Positions 52,879 through 64,000 of a DNA stretch of 64,000 nt are shown piece by piece. The number at the start of each line of letters is the position of its first letter. Position 1 is the first letter of the stretch. Location of the stretch: NCBI GenBank assembly GCA_051294375.1, contig CM119267.1, forward strand, positions 20,647,476-20,711,475, in the 5' to 3' direction. The translations under genes and the position numbers were made by a program. The notes beneath the pieces were generated by a model. The model had not been told where the DNA came from, did not search any database, and saw only the letters and a list, made by a program, of their open reading frames with translations. Source of the DNA: Paraspadella gotoi (Eukaryota > Animalia > Chaetognatha).

Positions 52879-54396
52879 TATCATAGTTTTACACCTCGAT
52901 AGAATGATAGCATCATGACTATGGACTGAGTTTGTTGGAATTGTTAAGTCTAGAGAGAACTGATAATAATTCAATCATAAGTAACCTTTAATAGCATCTA
53001 ATCAAATAAAAAAAAATGTATGTAAATTTGTAAAATGCATTCCAATACTCCAAAAGTAATCATTTGATAAAAGTAGATGAGTAGATGGGCGTAGCGTGAG
53101 ATACGAAGATGAGTTTATATCATCTTTCAAAGAACTCTATCCGGAGCTGTTGTGTGGCGATTGTCAAATTTAATTTACACATAGAAGGCCCTCGGTTCGA
53201 ACCCGGGTAGCTCCAACTGAATACAGTTTTACTAGTAGCAGTAAAACTAGGATCGAATAGTTTTAAACAAATCCTAAAAATACTGTTGCCGACTGATTCC
53301 TTTTGTTGGCGTTGTGTGTCTAAGATGGACTGATCGGAGCTTGACCGTTGGATTAGTGAATGAGGAGCCAAGGATTGGCTGGCGCGAATCATCTGTGACG
53401 GATGGAGAGAATCAGTGACCCCGGAACGATCGCGGCTGGTGAACCGCGTGAGCATTGGGTGTGAAATTTCTCTCTGGGGGCCGCTGAAGAATGTATTAGG
53501 AAAGAGAGAGAAGAGAGGAAAGAGAGAGAGAAAGGAAGAAAGGATGCAATGGAAGATTTGCGACTTTATTCAAGCAGAGGGTCTGCGACTTGTCTGCCTC
53601 ACGGGTGTGAACCGGTTTGATTTAAACTGAAACGGTTCAGGGCGAGAAAACAAAAAAAAATCGAGGAAAGAAGAAAGTAGGAAATTGTCGAAGAAGAAAA
53701 GGAAATAAGGGGAAAAGACAGCAATTAAAGATGGAAGGGAAGGTAGCAAAATGAAGCGAAGAGTAAAAAGGGAAGGGAAGGGAAAAAGGCAATTAAGTTA
53801 AGGTAGCCAAATGAAAAGAAGAGAAGAAAGGAGAAGAGAGAAAATGATACGTAGCAATTAAGAATTGAAGGGAAAGAATAAAGGAAGGAAGAGAGCAAAG
53901 GATATAGAGAAGAAGAAAAAAAGAAGAAAAGAAAGGGGGGACTTTTTGCGACACCCGAGAGGATCGAGTTGAAAGGCAGAGATAAAGACATTGAAATTCT
54001 CATCGCGAGTCGAATGGAAATTGAAAAAAATTTTAGGAAATTTTATTTTAAAAAAATAAAGGGAATCAAAGGAAAAGAAATAAAAAATGTAAGCGACCAA
54101 AAAAAGTCGAGTGTCAAAAAATATTAATAGCTACATAACAATAATTTACAATCCTTAAATTTTGACCGCAAATTTTTCCCTTAAAAATGCACAATATATA
54201 AAAATAAGCTATCCCCTTGATTCCATCAAACCATTGCTCAGTCGATAAAAAACGATGCCACAATGTCACCATGTCACAATATCGCAACGTCACAAAATCT
54301 CACCTTTGTAGCGAATTTGAGGAAGCTCCTTTGATATCACATCGAACTCGGGCGTCGGCGTTTCGGAAATCTGGGAAGACGAGGCATTAGTGTGAA

Positions 54397-54442
<46 letters not shown>

Positions 54443-57400
54443 TGCACGAACAAAGAGAGGACGGCAAGTCCGTGCACGCCGTTCGTCGCTTGACTGAAAT
54501 TCGAGTAAAGATCCGCGTTGTAAGCGATGAGTTGAATCTGAAATGGAGAGAGAGCGGGTTTAAGGGGGGGGGGGTTTAGTGAGAGGTTTGAAAATAAAGT
54601 TGGGGAACGGAATGAGGTGAGGTGAGGAACTGAGAAATAATGACTTTAATGATATGAATGACTTTCAAACAGAAACGATGTGTGATAATGATGTCTATTA
54701 GAAAACTGGGGCAGGAAGTAAATTTAACCTAGTGTTGTATAGATGCTCCCTCTAATTCCAGAAGACAACACTAACATCCTCCCCAGAAATAAAAAAATGA
54801 AATATAAAATTAATAAATAAAATATAGAAAAAGAGATAAAAACAAAAAAAAATATGAATAAAACCATAATATTTTAAATATCATTAAATCATGTAAAATC
54901 TATGAAAATAAAATAGTGAAATGGGAAGTGTTCAGTCATTGTTTCGTCACGTTGGTTTTTCATGATATTTTTATTTCATTTTATTTAATTATTTAAAAAA
55001 AAGCGGCTTAAATATATAGATAATCGGTAACATGTAGTGGGATCTTCTTCTGATCCACATATCTTTTTTGTTATAGAGGAGCTGTGGTGTAGTGGTTATC
55101 ACTGCTTTTCACGCAGAAGGTCCTCGGTTCGAAACCGAGCATTTCCTTTACACCAATTTTTTTTTTAACAATAATTAAAAAAAAATCGGTTTAAATATTA
55201 ACATAATCATACATATTTTACATACATATACATATACATATTTTACATATATATTTTCATACAATTGAAACATTCTTTGAAATATTTTCCACTTCATTGA
55301 TAGGGAAGCCAGGTACTCTGGGAGTGAATAAACAAGACTGTGAGAGAGTCTTGATTGAAAGCTTGCAGGGACCTGCTATGTCATTATCTTGTAAGAGTGA
55401 TGGAGGCCTTAAACCACCAAAGCCTGTCCAAAGTCAGGGGCAAGATAGCTTATTTATTAAATGAATGGATAATTTTTATATTGGTTGTACCAATTTCATA
55501 TAACATGCTTAACACGGAGAATAAACCCGCCTCAAAACTGGAGCCCTACATTGTAGGACCTACAATTTCACATTTATTATTACTCTGTTATCGTATTTAA
55601 TCTCTTTTTTCGTTGCGAATTTAAATTGGAGAAAATTTTTATTTTGTTATAAGTAAATGAATAATGAAATATTTGATACATTTTCATTTACGCCCAGAAT
55701 TGGTTTAAAAGTTTCCACATTTTCTTCACTCTCTGATGATCCTCGGTTCGTAACCGGCAACCTCGTGTTTTTACAAGTTTTTTACTTTATATTATAAATA
55801 AAGAAATATTTGGTCAGTCTCTTTATAAGAAACTGGAAATGTGGTGTCGTGGTTATCACATCTGCTTAACACGCTGAAGGCCTAAAGCGGGCAGCTCCTG
55901 TTTTACTTTTATGTTTACAATTCATGAAACATCTAATTACACAACACCGGTTTAGACAACTGTGTAACACACAGAAGAACACAGTCAATCAGCGGAGTTG
56001 TGGTGTAGTGGTTATCACGTCTGCTTTACACGCAGAAGGTCCTCGGTTCGAAACCGGGTAGCTCCTAATTTTTATATCAATATTAATAAAAACTGTCAAT
56101 TAACTAATTAATTATTTATTTAAAAAAAAAATAACGGTCGTCGTTTAGCAAGCAATGAAACCTAATTTAATTCCCTCTGCCGAAAAGAAAGTGAATAAAT
56201 GAACGAGAGCGAGAATGAAGGAATAAATGAATGAACGCCGAACTCACCTCGGCCGGAAAGGGCGCGCCGTCGACGGTGTGTTCGCTTCCGATGGAATCGA
56301 TGGAACCGAAATGAATCTTCATCTCCGCCAATCGATACTTGTAAGCGAGCGGCCCGCCCGTCAAGTTCACCGGGTGATTCCAGTTCGTCTCCTGACGCTG
56401 CTGTTGCTGCTGCTGATTATGCTGCCGTTGTCGTTGCTGCTCCTGCTGCTGGCGATGCCGGTGGCGCTGCTGTTGCTGCTGCTGATGCAGCTGCTGCTGG
56501 TCGCGCGCTCGATCGGTTCCCGCCGCCGCGGAGGCGGCGGCCGCGGCTGCCGCGGCGTTGAGGAGATCGAAGGCGCGTTGTTCCAAGTAGATGGTGACGT
56601 CGTGGCCGGTGTTGACGGCGAGACCGCTCACCTGGTTCGTGTCAGGTTGGGGGGGGGGTAGGTGAGGGAAAGGTGAGAAAAGGAGGAGAGGTGAGTTGGA
56701 CGAAGCATTTCTAGGAAATGACGACGAAAAGTAATGGGAGTCGCCGGAGAAAGCGGCGACGGGCGCCGACGGGCGCGGCGTGGCGATTTCGAGTCTAATT
56801 TTGGCGCGAGGTGCAAGATAACGACGCCGCTGGGTTACCTCCCTTTTGCGGACTGGGGAGAGGAAGTTGAGGTAAGGAAAGGAAGATGGAGATGAGACCG
56901 ACGTCTCCCTACATTCGTTTTCTTTCTCACGATGCAGCATCTTCCCGCTTGTTCTCTTTTATTTTATTTTTTTTTTGGCCATCCCTGTCATTTGACCTCC
57001 GGTGATAAGAATGTGACCTTTGACTTTTGCCCAGGCTTGACCCTTCGATCTCTCGTTATTCCGTTTTCGAATTTCGACGACGACGACGACAGAGAGAGAG
57101 AGATGAGAGAGAGAGAAGGAGAGGAGAGAGAGAGAGAGAGAGAGAGAGACTTATTTTATCTACCCTCACCTCCCCAACCATCTCCTGACCGACTGACCAC
57201 CACACTGACACATTTCCGGCTCCCATTCCCAGCCCAGCCCACCCCAAGCCCAGCCCCCCCCCCGAGCCCCACAACACCCGCCTCCCTCGCGGGCAACGGT
57301 ATTTACGACGCTTCCGGTACGACCGTTGCCAAGACAACGACGATATCGTTGTTGTTGTTGTAGCCAGACTGAAAATAATTAGCCATGGATATTAAGCATG

Positions 57401-57932
57401 CGTTGTTCACATTGGTAAGTAACCGTCTGAAGTTGGTGCAACTGATACGTATCAAAATTATTAAAGAATAATATAATTAAGCCATCTTGACTCCTGAAAG
57501 GATATCAGAAAACCTCTTAGCTCGGACTATGGAAAAAGGTAACTTCAAAAACCCCAAAAAATGCAATAGTTCGATTCGCACAAGACAAGATCGCGAACCC
57601 GGAAATAATCTCGTCGTAAGCGCGGTTTCTAAATATTCACGCCGCGCAGCCCATGACGCGGGGCCGACGACGACGACGACGAATGACGGACGACGCCGGC
57701 AACGACGATGGTCAGGCTAATGGCGACATCAAACGTCGACCGGTGCCAAAAAAAGATGCGCAACGACAGCGAAAATGGCATCGCACCTGGGGGGAGGAGG
57801 GGGGCGGCGGGTTGGGTGAGGGTAGGAAGAAGTGGAGGAAGGGAGGTAGGAGGCGAAGAGAAGAGGGGAAGAAAATAAGAAGGAATGAAGGGAGGAAAAA
57901 GAGAAAGGGAAAGAAAAAGAAGAGAGAGAGAG

Positions 57933-57991
<59 letters not shown>

Positions 57992-58619
57992 AAAGAAAGA
58001 TGAGAGAAAGAAAAAAAAAGAAAAAGATAGAGAAATAAAACGAAAAAGGTAAGACTTAGTGATAGAAAGAGAAAGAAAGAAAAAGAAAGATATTCAGATG
58101 TACGCCGCCCCTTCGACGAGACGGCGGTCAAGCGATAAACGGCCAAAGAAAGGGCGGAGAGGCGAAGACCCCCGGTTCAATCGCTCGTGAAGCCGGGTGC
58201 GGCGGCGACGTCGCTGCGGTCGGCAGCGTCGGCCGCGTCCGTAAAAAGCGTTATTACCCGAGGATTATTACGCGACTAAATCGCGAGGTCGGTGTTCCGT
58301 TGTTTGGCTGCGCTTCGCCGTTTTATCACCAGATGGCGAACGCAAATTCGGGGTAGGGGTTTGGCGGGAAGGACGGGTGAAAATTTGGGAATAGGTTTAG
58401 GTTGAAGACGCGTCGCCCAGTGATAAAAAATACTGTTAAACAGCATTCTTTAAATTAATAATATTAATCCTCAAGTCATGAGAAACAAACTTCAAAATCT
58501 CCGTGGGGTGATTGAAATAGTAAAACAATTCCTTTGTATAGTATGGGCAAGGAGAATGAAAATGGTTGGGCGAGTGAGGCGAAATAAAATGACAAAAAAG
58601 GCACTTACTCCCACTTCCA

Positions 58620-58664
<45 letters not shown>

Positions 58665-59730
58665 ACGGTCTCTGGTCATTCTTGTCTAACGACGGGAATT
58701 CTACGACTCCTCGCCGCGTCGACCGCCAGTGAGAAGAGAGGGACCTTTCCTTTTTTTTCTCTTCTATTTTTTTCTCTCTTTTCTATCTCCACCTTTCTCT
58801 TCTCTTTTGAAACCTCATTTCTCTCTTAAAGATTAATTTCAGACTCTAAAATGAAATCTCATCTCTCCAAGATTCTCCCAAAACTGCTCTCAATAACAGT
58901 AATCTTAGCACTCTTAATACTCTTCCTCCGAGGGGTATCACAAAAGGTATCATAAAAGGTATCACAAAAGGCATCAAACACCAGCGTTCGCTTCTCTTCC
59001 CTTATCTTCCCTTTGTCACAATGTCTCATTTTCATCCGGGGTCCTCCCGACCTTCGTCGACTCTCCCCATGTTGGTAAGGCGGGTGAGGCTCGAGTTCTT
59101 AAAAGTCGAAGCAAAAAGCCGAATATTGTTTTTTTTTTTCTCTCTAGAGTGACTAATGATTCATTTTTTTTTGTGGGACGGGGTCGGTCCAGCGGCTCTT
59201 AGTCTGTTTGTCTCTTTGTAGATTCGTCTGTCACATTTATCTTGTATATTCTTACAAAAAAATGACAAATTACTGAAAAGCATAAGTTTTGTAAATATAA
59301 CATCGACCTTGTAAATTATTACCGAGCTCAACGACAATCAAGACCGAGCTACAATTTTTACAATTCGCTTTGAAGCACTTAAAAGATTAACTCTCGTTGT
59401 CATGGTAACGAAACGCTTCAGCGCTTCTCGTGAGAGGAGACGATTTGTTTCCGCCGGCGGCATGGAATGAACGGGGGGAGAGTGGGAGAGAGGNNNNNNN
59501 NNNNNNNNNNNNNNNNNNAAAAAAAGAAGAGAGATATTCGCTCAAGTTAAATCTTTTTCTTTTTTCCTCCCCATATCTTTTCTCGATCACTCTCTGCATT
59601 GTCACTGCCACCTTAATTTCCCCATCTTCTCCCTCTCTCTCATTCTCCCTCTCTCATTGTCAGTCTCTCATTCTCACTCCTCATTAGTACACTCTCTCAT
59701 TGTCACTCCACCTTAATTTCCCTCTTTCTC

Positions 59731-59803
<73 letters not shown>

Positions 59804-60482
59804 CTTTCCACAACCTACTCCCTCTCTCAGCCACCCGCCTGAGTCTGTCAGCGCAGTCCCGGTGGCGTAAGAGCGCGAATTCTCTCTTCCCACCAAGCGC
59901 CCCATTGCTGTCAATGTTAGTAAGCGGGTCGGGACGTCTAAACCACCTATAGTGGCGCGCGACAGTCAGATCCGAAGNNNNNNNNNNTTTAACTTGGAGC
60001 CGAATATTGACGCAGCCAAAGTTTAAGAGATTCGTGGTTTAAAAGAAAAAAGTTGAACCTGTGGCAACACATTCCCTATCGCCACCCGCCTGAGTCTGTC
60101 AGCGCAGTCCCGGTGGCAGTCCCGGTGGCGCGCTACAGTCAGATCCGAAGTTCTGAAACTAGCAAATAACAGNNNNNNNNNNNNNNNNNNNNNNNNNNNN
60201 NNNNNNNNNNNNNNNNNNNNNNNNNNNNNNNNNNNNNNNNNNNNNNNNNNNNNNNNNNNNNNNNNNNNNNNNNNNNNNNNNNNNNNNNNNNNNNNNNNNN
60301 NNNNNNNNNNNNNNNNNNNNNNNNNNNNNNNNNNNNNNNNNNNNNNNNNNNNNNNACAGAAAGGCGACTAGTAACGAATTGAGCATTTTGACTGACTTTT
60401 GACACTACAAAGATATAAAAGTATTTGTACTTTGTAAGCATTGGTTTAAATTCGAATACACACCGCTTCCTCCGCCTCTTCT

Positions 60483-60556
<74 letters not shown>

Positions 60557-61175
60557 ATCTCTCTCTCTCTCTCTCTTTCTTTCTCTCTGTCACTCTCACT
60601 AGTTGCTGTCCAGGGTCATGTACTGTTCATTGAACAGTGTTCAATTCAATTCAATTCAATTCTCTCCCCCCAAACGCTTTCCTCGAACCATCTTACCCCT
60701 TCTCCCTCTCTCTCTCTCTCTCCCATCCCCCCCTCCTCACTCACCCAGTGATTGTCCATCCTGACATTGGTGAGATTTGGGTCGAACAAAAGTCTCTTCG
60801 GGTCGACGTTGATGGGCGACTGAAGTTTTCCTTTGTTGCAGATTTGCCAGTCGGGGTTGACCAGACCCCAAAAATCCGGACCTATTTGGGGTGTGAAAGG
60901 AGTGAAATCAAAATCTCGATCGATACAAAAATGGATTGTGGATAAGGATTTAAATGGGGCCCAAGATGCGAGGTTTTGTTCACGACCCTAGGGCGGTCCA
61001 ACATCCCGAGTTGGGATTGAACCCGGTACTTATAGGTCATGATCTGATGGCTTGACCCAATATTTATTTTTTATCATAAAATTAAGAAGACCGCATATTT
61101 TTTTTTCTGACCGGAAATTCCGTCGTACGTCCACCAGTCCTGCCATCCACCGCCACCGCCTGAAGTTGTTCCGCC
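50007..61175 (-). CDS. Carbonic anhydrase-related protein (acatalytic, CA10/CA11/CARP class); first coding exon unresolved
   Basis: WQDWWTYDGISG|PDFWGLVNPDW..C.KGKLQSPINVDP, NTGH, GGPLAYKYRLAEMKIHFG...GSEHTVDG..FPAE|IQLIAYN, YITYEGSLTGPGCQESVTW and NNNRP...RPVRTNINF. Two of the three Zn-ligand His are replaced (K, Q). Candidate starts are ATG ~61523 or ATG 63526. Confidence 0.9.
51064..51275 (-). mobile_element. ~215-bp dispersed repeat (SINE-like) in a CARP intron; inverted partner of 55289-55502
   Basis: Reverse-complement match to 55289-55502. Its terminal TTGGT...ACCAATTTC hairpin also occurs at ~27520 and ~44590. Confidence 0.8.
53143..53215 (+). pseudogene. tRNA-Val(TAC)-derived pseudogene
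   Basis: GGAGCTG/TAGCTCC acceptor stem and T arm are intact; D and anticodon arms are decayed. Confidence 0.7.
55078..55147 (+). pseudogene. Chimeric tRNA-Val pseudogene (5' GGAGCTG, 3' CATTTCC)
   Basis: Intact D arm and T arm, a 3-nt deletion at the anticodon stem and mismatched acceptor strands. Confidence 0.75.
55289..55502 (+). mobile_element. ~215-bp dispersed repeat (SINE-like); inverted partner of 51064-51275
   Basis: GGGAAGCCAGGTACTCTGGGAGTGAATAAA...GAGTGATGGAGGCCTTAAACCACCAAAGCCTGTCCAAAGTCAGGGGCAA is shared with the partner copy. Confidence 0.8.
55835..55899 (+). pseudogene. Chimeric tRNA-Val(AAC) pseudogene (5' GGAAATG, 3' CAGCTCC)
   Basis: Intact 5' half, deleted T loop and mismatched acceptor strands. 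Confidence 0.75.
55994..56066 (+). tRNA. tRNA-Val(TAC) with an atypical acceptor stem and U73
   Basis: 73-nt cloverleaf GGAGTTG-TG-GTGTAGTGGTTATCAC-G-TCTGC-TTTACAC-GCAGA-AGGTC-CTCGG-TTCGAAA-CCGGG-TAGCTCC-T. Anticodon TAC at 56027-56029; T5 terminator just downstream. Confidence 0.8.
59494..60355. other. Assembly gaps (59494-59518, 59978-59987, 60173-60355) with duplicated GC-rich fragments between them
   Basis: N runs; GCCACCCGCCTGAGTCTGTCAGCGCAGTCCCGGTGGC occurs at both ~59830 and 60081. Confidence 0.9.
60950..61060 (-). mobile_element. tRNA-derived SINE-like fragment
   Basis: Head sequence shared with 29680-29755, including box B GGTTCAATCCC. Confidence 0.55.
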
Positions 61176-61370
61176 TGAAAGACAAAAGGGAATCGAATTA
61201 ACTTTTAAGGTTCAAATCATATCAACGTTTAGCAATGTTTAAGATTCTGTTTTTAAACTGTACCTAACTAAGTTATATTTAGTTGTGTATAACAAAAAAT
61301 ATTAAAATATTCACGTCGACGCTTTTAAAAAAATATAAGATCCCTTTAATACAGATATGAACGAAAAACA

Positions 61371-61427
<57 letters not shown>

Positions 61428-63919
61428 CTACTCTTCTCTCTCTCTCTCTCTCTCTCTAATAAAAAATCTACATTTAAATAATATAAAAAGCTTTGCTATC
61501 GAAAATCCATTAAACAGAACCATTATGTCTAGTTGAGAAAAAAACAAATATAATTTCTCCTTCATGAATATTAGTAGCTTCAAGGAGGAGTGAGAAAGGA
61601 AGCATAGATGGGAGAAGATATGAGGAAGAAGACGAGGAAGAAGACGAAGAAGATGAGGAAGAAGACGAGAAAGATGAGGAAGAAGACAAGGGAGTTGACA
61701 AGACATAGAAGGAGAAATAATGGAAGAATAAAAAGAGGGAGGAGGAGGAAGAGGAAGACAGGTGAAGAAGACGAAGAAACAGATGACGAGAAGGAGAAGA
61801 AGAAGATATAACAGAAGAATCAAAAGAAAGATGCTGATGAAGATAATGACGATGACGATGATGATGATGATGACGATGACGTTCACGAGAAGAAGCGAGG
61901 AGTTTTGGTCGAAAAGAGAGTCAGAAATAGTCTGCACCCTAAACGCACATCGTCTTTTTCCACATTTCTTCAAAGTTCCATCAGCCAATCACCGTTATCG
62001 TCTACGTTCATATTCAGCATCGTCTTTCGAGACTCAGTATCTCTTCCTCCGCGCTTTATATTTTATCCATCATCTCAATCCCAACAATTTAATCGTGTTC
62101 CTTCCATCTGTAACTTCTCTCCATCTGTTTTCTCAGAATGTCGAATATACGCGAAATATCCCCAGACGAGAATCAGACGAAGAAAAAAAAAGAATTACGC
62201 AAGAAAACTCAAATTTTTTTTCTCGCTCATCCAAAGTTAGTGTGAGTACAAGAGAAAAAAAAGGAAAGAAAGAGAAAAATTAAAGAGAAAGAAAAAAAAT
62301 GGAGAGAAAAGAAAAGAAGGGAAAAAAAGGAAAGGAAAACATTAACCTGATTTTTTACCCCCATAACATCTCTTCTTGACACCCCGTGACCCCTAGGGAG
62401 AAAGGAAAGGGGGGCAGGGGTGAAGTAGAGGAGCGAGATGGGGTGTAGAAGAGGGGCGGAGTGAACGAAGGAAAGGGCGGTGGATGGGAAGAAAGAAATG
62501 GCGGGAAAAAAGAGATATCGAAAAATTAAATTGTTAAATGAAATGTTAACACTAGGCATTAAATACTTCTAATGACGTTTTATAATAACTTTTTGTACTT
62601 GACGTTTTTCGCTTTACTGTTTTACTGTTTTTTGTTGAACTGTTTCTGTTTTTTATGATTTTGACATCTGATCTTTGAACGTTCTTGAACGTTATATTTT
62701 ACAGTTTCTTATGAATTAGTTCAAAACATTTTATTCATGATTCCATTTTAAACGTTAGTATTTTTTGTTGTTGTTTATAGTTTAATAGTTTTCACTTGTT
62801 TACCGTTTTCTAGTCTTTTACTCTGTTACAGTTTCTGTCAAAACTGTTTTTGGTATTAACCAAAAAAAATGTTAACACTATTGTCGATCTGATATTACAT
62901 TTACTAAGACTTGCCACTTTTCGGGTGTTTTCCTTTCTTTTCATCACGTTTGAGTTTAGAGAGATGAGATTTTTTGGTTTGTTTACAAACAAAACACGAT
63001 TAAATTCATGGGATGTTATATGCGAAAGCCGTTTAATACTTTGTAAAGGGAGCCGTTAAAAATTGATATTGATATGATAAGTTAATCAAATCTATTTATT
63101 TATCTTTCGTCTCTGATGATGGAACTGCTGAAGTTGTCACAGACGTGAAAGCGGAGAAAAAAGAATGAGGAGAGAGAGAGAGAGAGAGAGAAGAGAGAGA
63201 GAGAAGAGAGAGAGAGGAGAGGGAGAGGAGAGAGAGAGAGAGGGCGGAACGAAAGCAGGAAGACTGAAAAAAAAGTGTGGAAACAGAGATAAATGGAGAT
63301 CGAGTATCGGAAAAAAATAAAAAGAAAAAATGTGAAAAAAAAGAAAAGAAACTGAATGAAAAAAAAAGAAAGAAAAGAAACTGAATGAAAAAAAAAGAAA
63401 GAAAAGAAAAGAAGAAAGAAAAAAGCCATCGATTTTAAGTTTCAGACGCTCGACCGAGAATCGTGAAGACGTCGAGGCAAGCACGACGAGCAAGCAGGAG
63501 AAAAAGAAAAAAGAAATTGAAACCATCAAGCTTGCGATGTGAACGAGTTTTGTAAAGAGTCAGCGGTGAATTGAAACAGTGAGGTGACGAGACAAAAATG
63601 GAGCGAAGAATCTGAACTCAGTCGCCGGGAAAGTGGTCGAGTTCGCGAGAGGGAGGATGTCTCTTTGCCGCCGCTCGAAAACGATCCTCGGGTCAGTCGA
63701 CGTCGCTTTCTTTCTTCTTGGCTAAAAATGACTCCGTTTATGGGAGACGTCGATGGAGTTTTAAAGTCGCAGTCGTCATCGTCTTCTTCGTCATCGTCTT
63801 CTTCGTCATCATCTTCTTCATCATCGTCTTCTTCGTCTTTGACTTCGTATCTTCTTCTACGTATTTTTCTCTTCGTCGTCGTCGTCATCGTCGTCGTCGT
63901 CAGTGGCGGCGCGTACTTG

Positions 63920-63955
63920 ATTAGATTGGATTGGAGATTAAAGGGCGGGGCTAAG
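63920..63955 (-). promoter_or_regulatory. Candidate CARP promoter elements
   Basis: Tandem CCAAT (GATTGGATTGG on +) and a GC box GGGCGGGGC. Confidence 0.4.
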
Positions 63956-64000
63956 AATCGGTTCTTCGATCGACAGATCGAGTGGAATAAAAGATTACCT

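Noticed and set aside
59830-60150. Repeated 37-bp GC-rich unit as a CRISPR-like array or ncRNA
   Set aside because: There are only two copies, wedged between N gaps, so this is probably a collapsed or mis-joined repeat.
61428-62283. Long hydrophobic or Lys/Arg/Met-rich ORFs
   Set aside because: They arise from (GAA/GAT/GAG)n low-complexity sequence in the CARP 5' region and show no domain signal.

Overview
This is eukaryotic (metazoan) nuclear DNA from a compact genome: AT-rich introns that are mostly short (about 40-100 nt), CpG-rich exons, many (AG)n microsatellites and three N gaps. There are no prokaryotic systems or CRISPR arrays. The taxon cannot be fixed from the sequence. Gene models were built by hand from splice sites and conserved motifs. 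The first 26.5 kb is a tight run of eight minus-strand genes: PPIL1, MRPL46, BRAP, a decayed orphan gene, SMYD4, a ~1,600-aa MBD protein, an ATP11-type flippase and DESI2. Six of the seven spacers are 110-330 nt (ATP11 to DESI2 is 851 nt), and each downstream gene has an acceptor-like AG before its ATG. This is a candidate SL trans-spliced operon. The rest is looser. It holds an orphan cell-surface gene, a large secreted Cys-repeat/C-type-lectin gene, two tandem 2OG-Fe(II) oxygenases, a TSPAN3-like tetraspanin and an acatalytic CA10/11-like gene whose introns carry an odd tRNA-Val cluster. Best leads: the operon; reciprocal chimeric tRNA-Val copies resembling attL/attR scars; an unnamed ~50-aa module at both ends of the MBD protein; a ~270-nt almost fully base-paired element; and a minimal hammerhead ribozyme.
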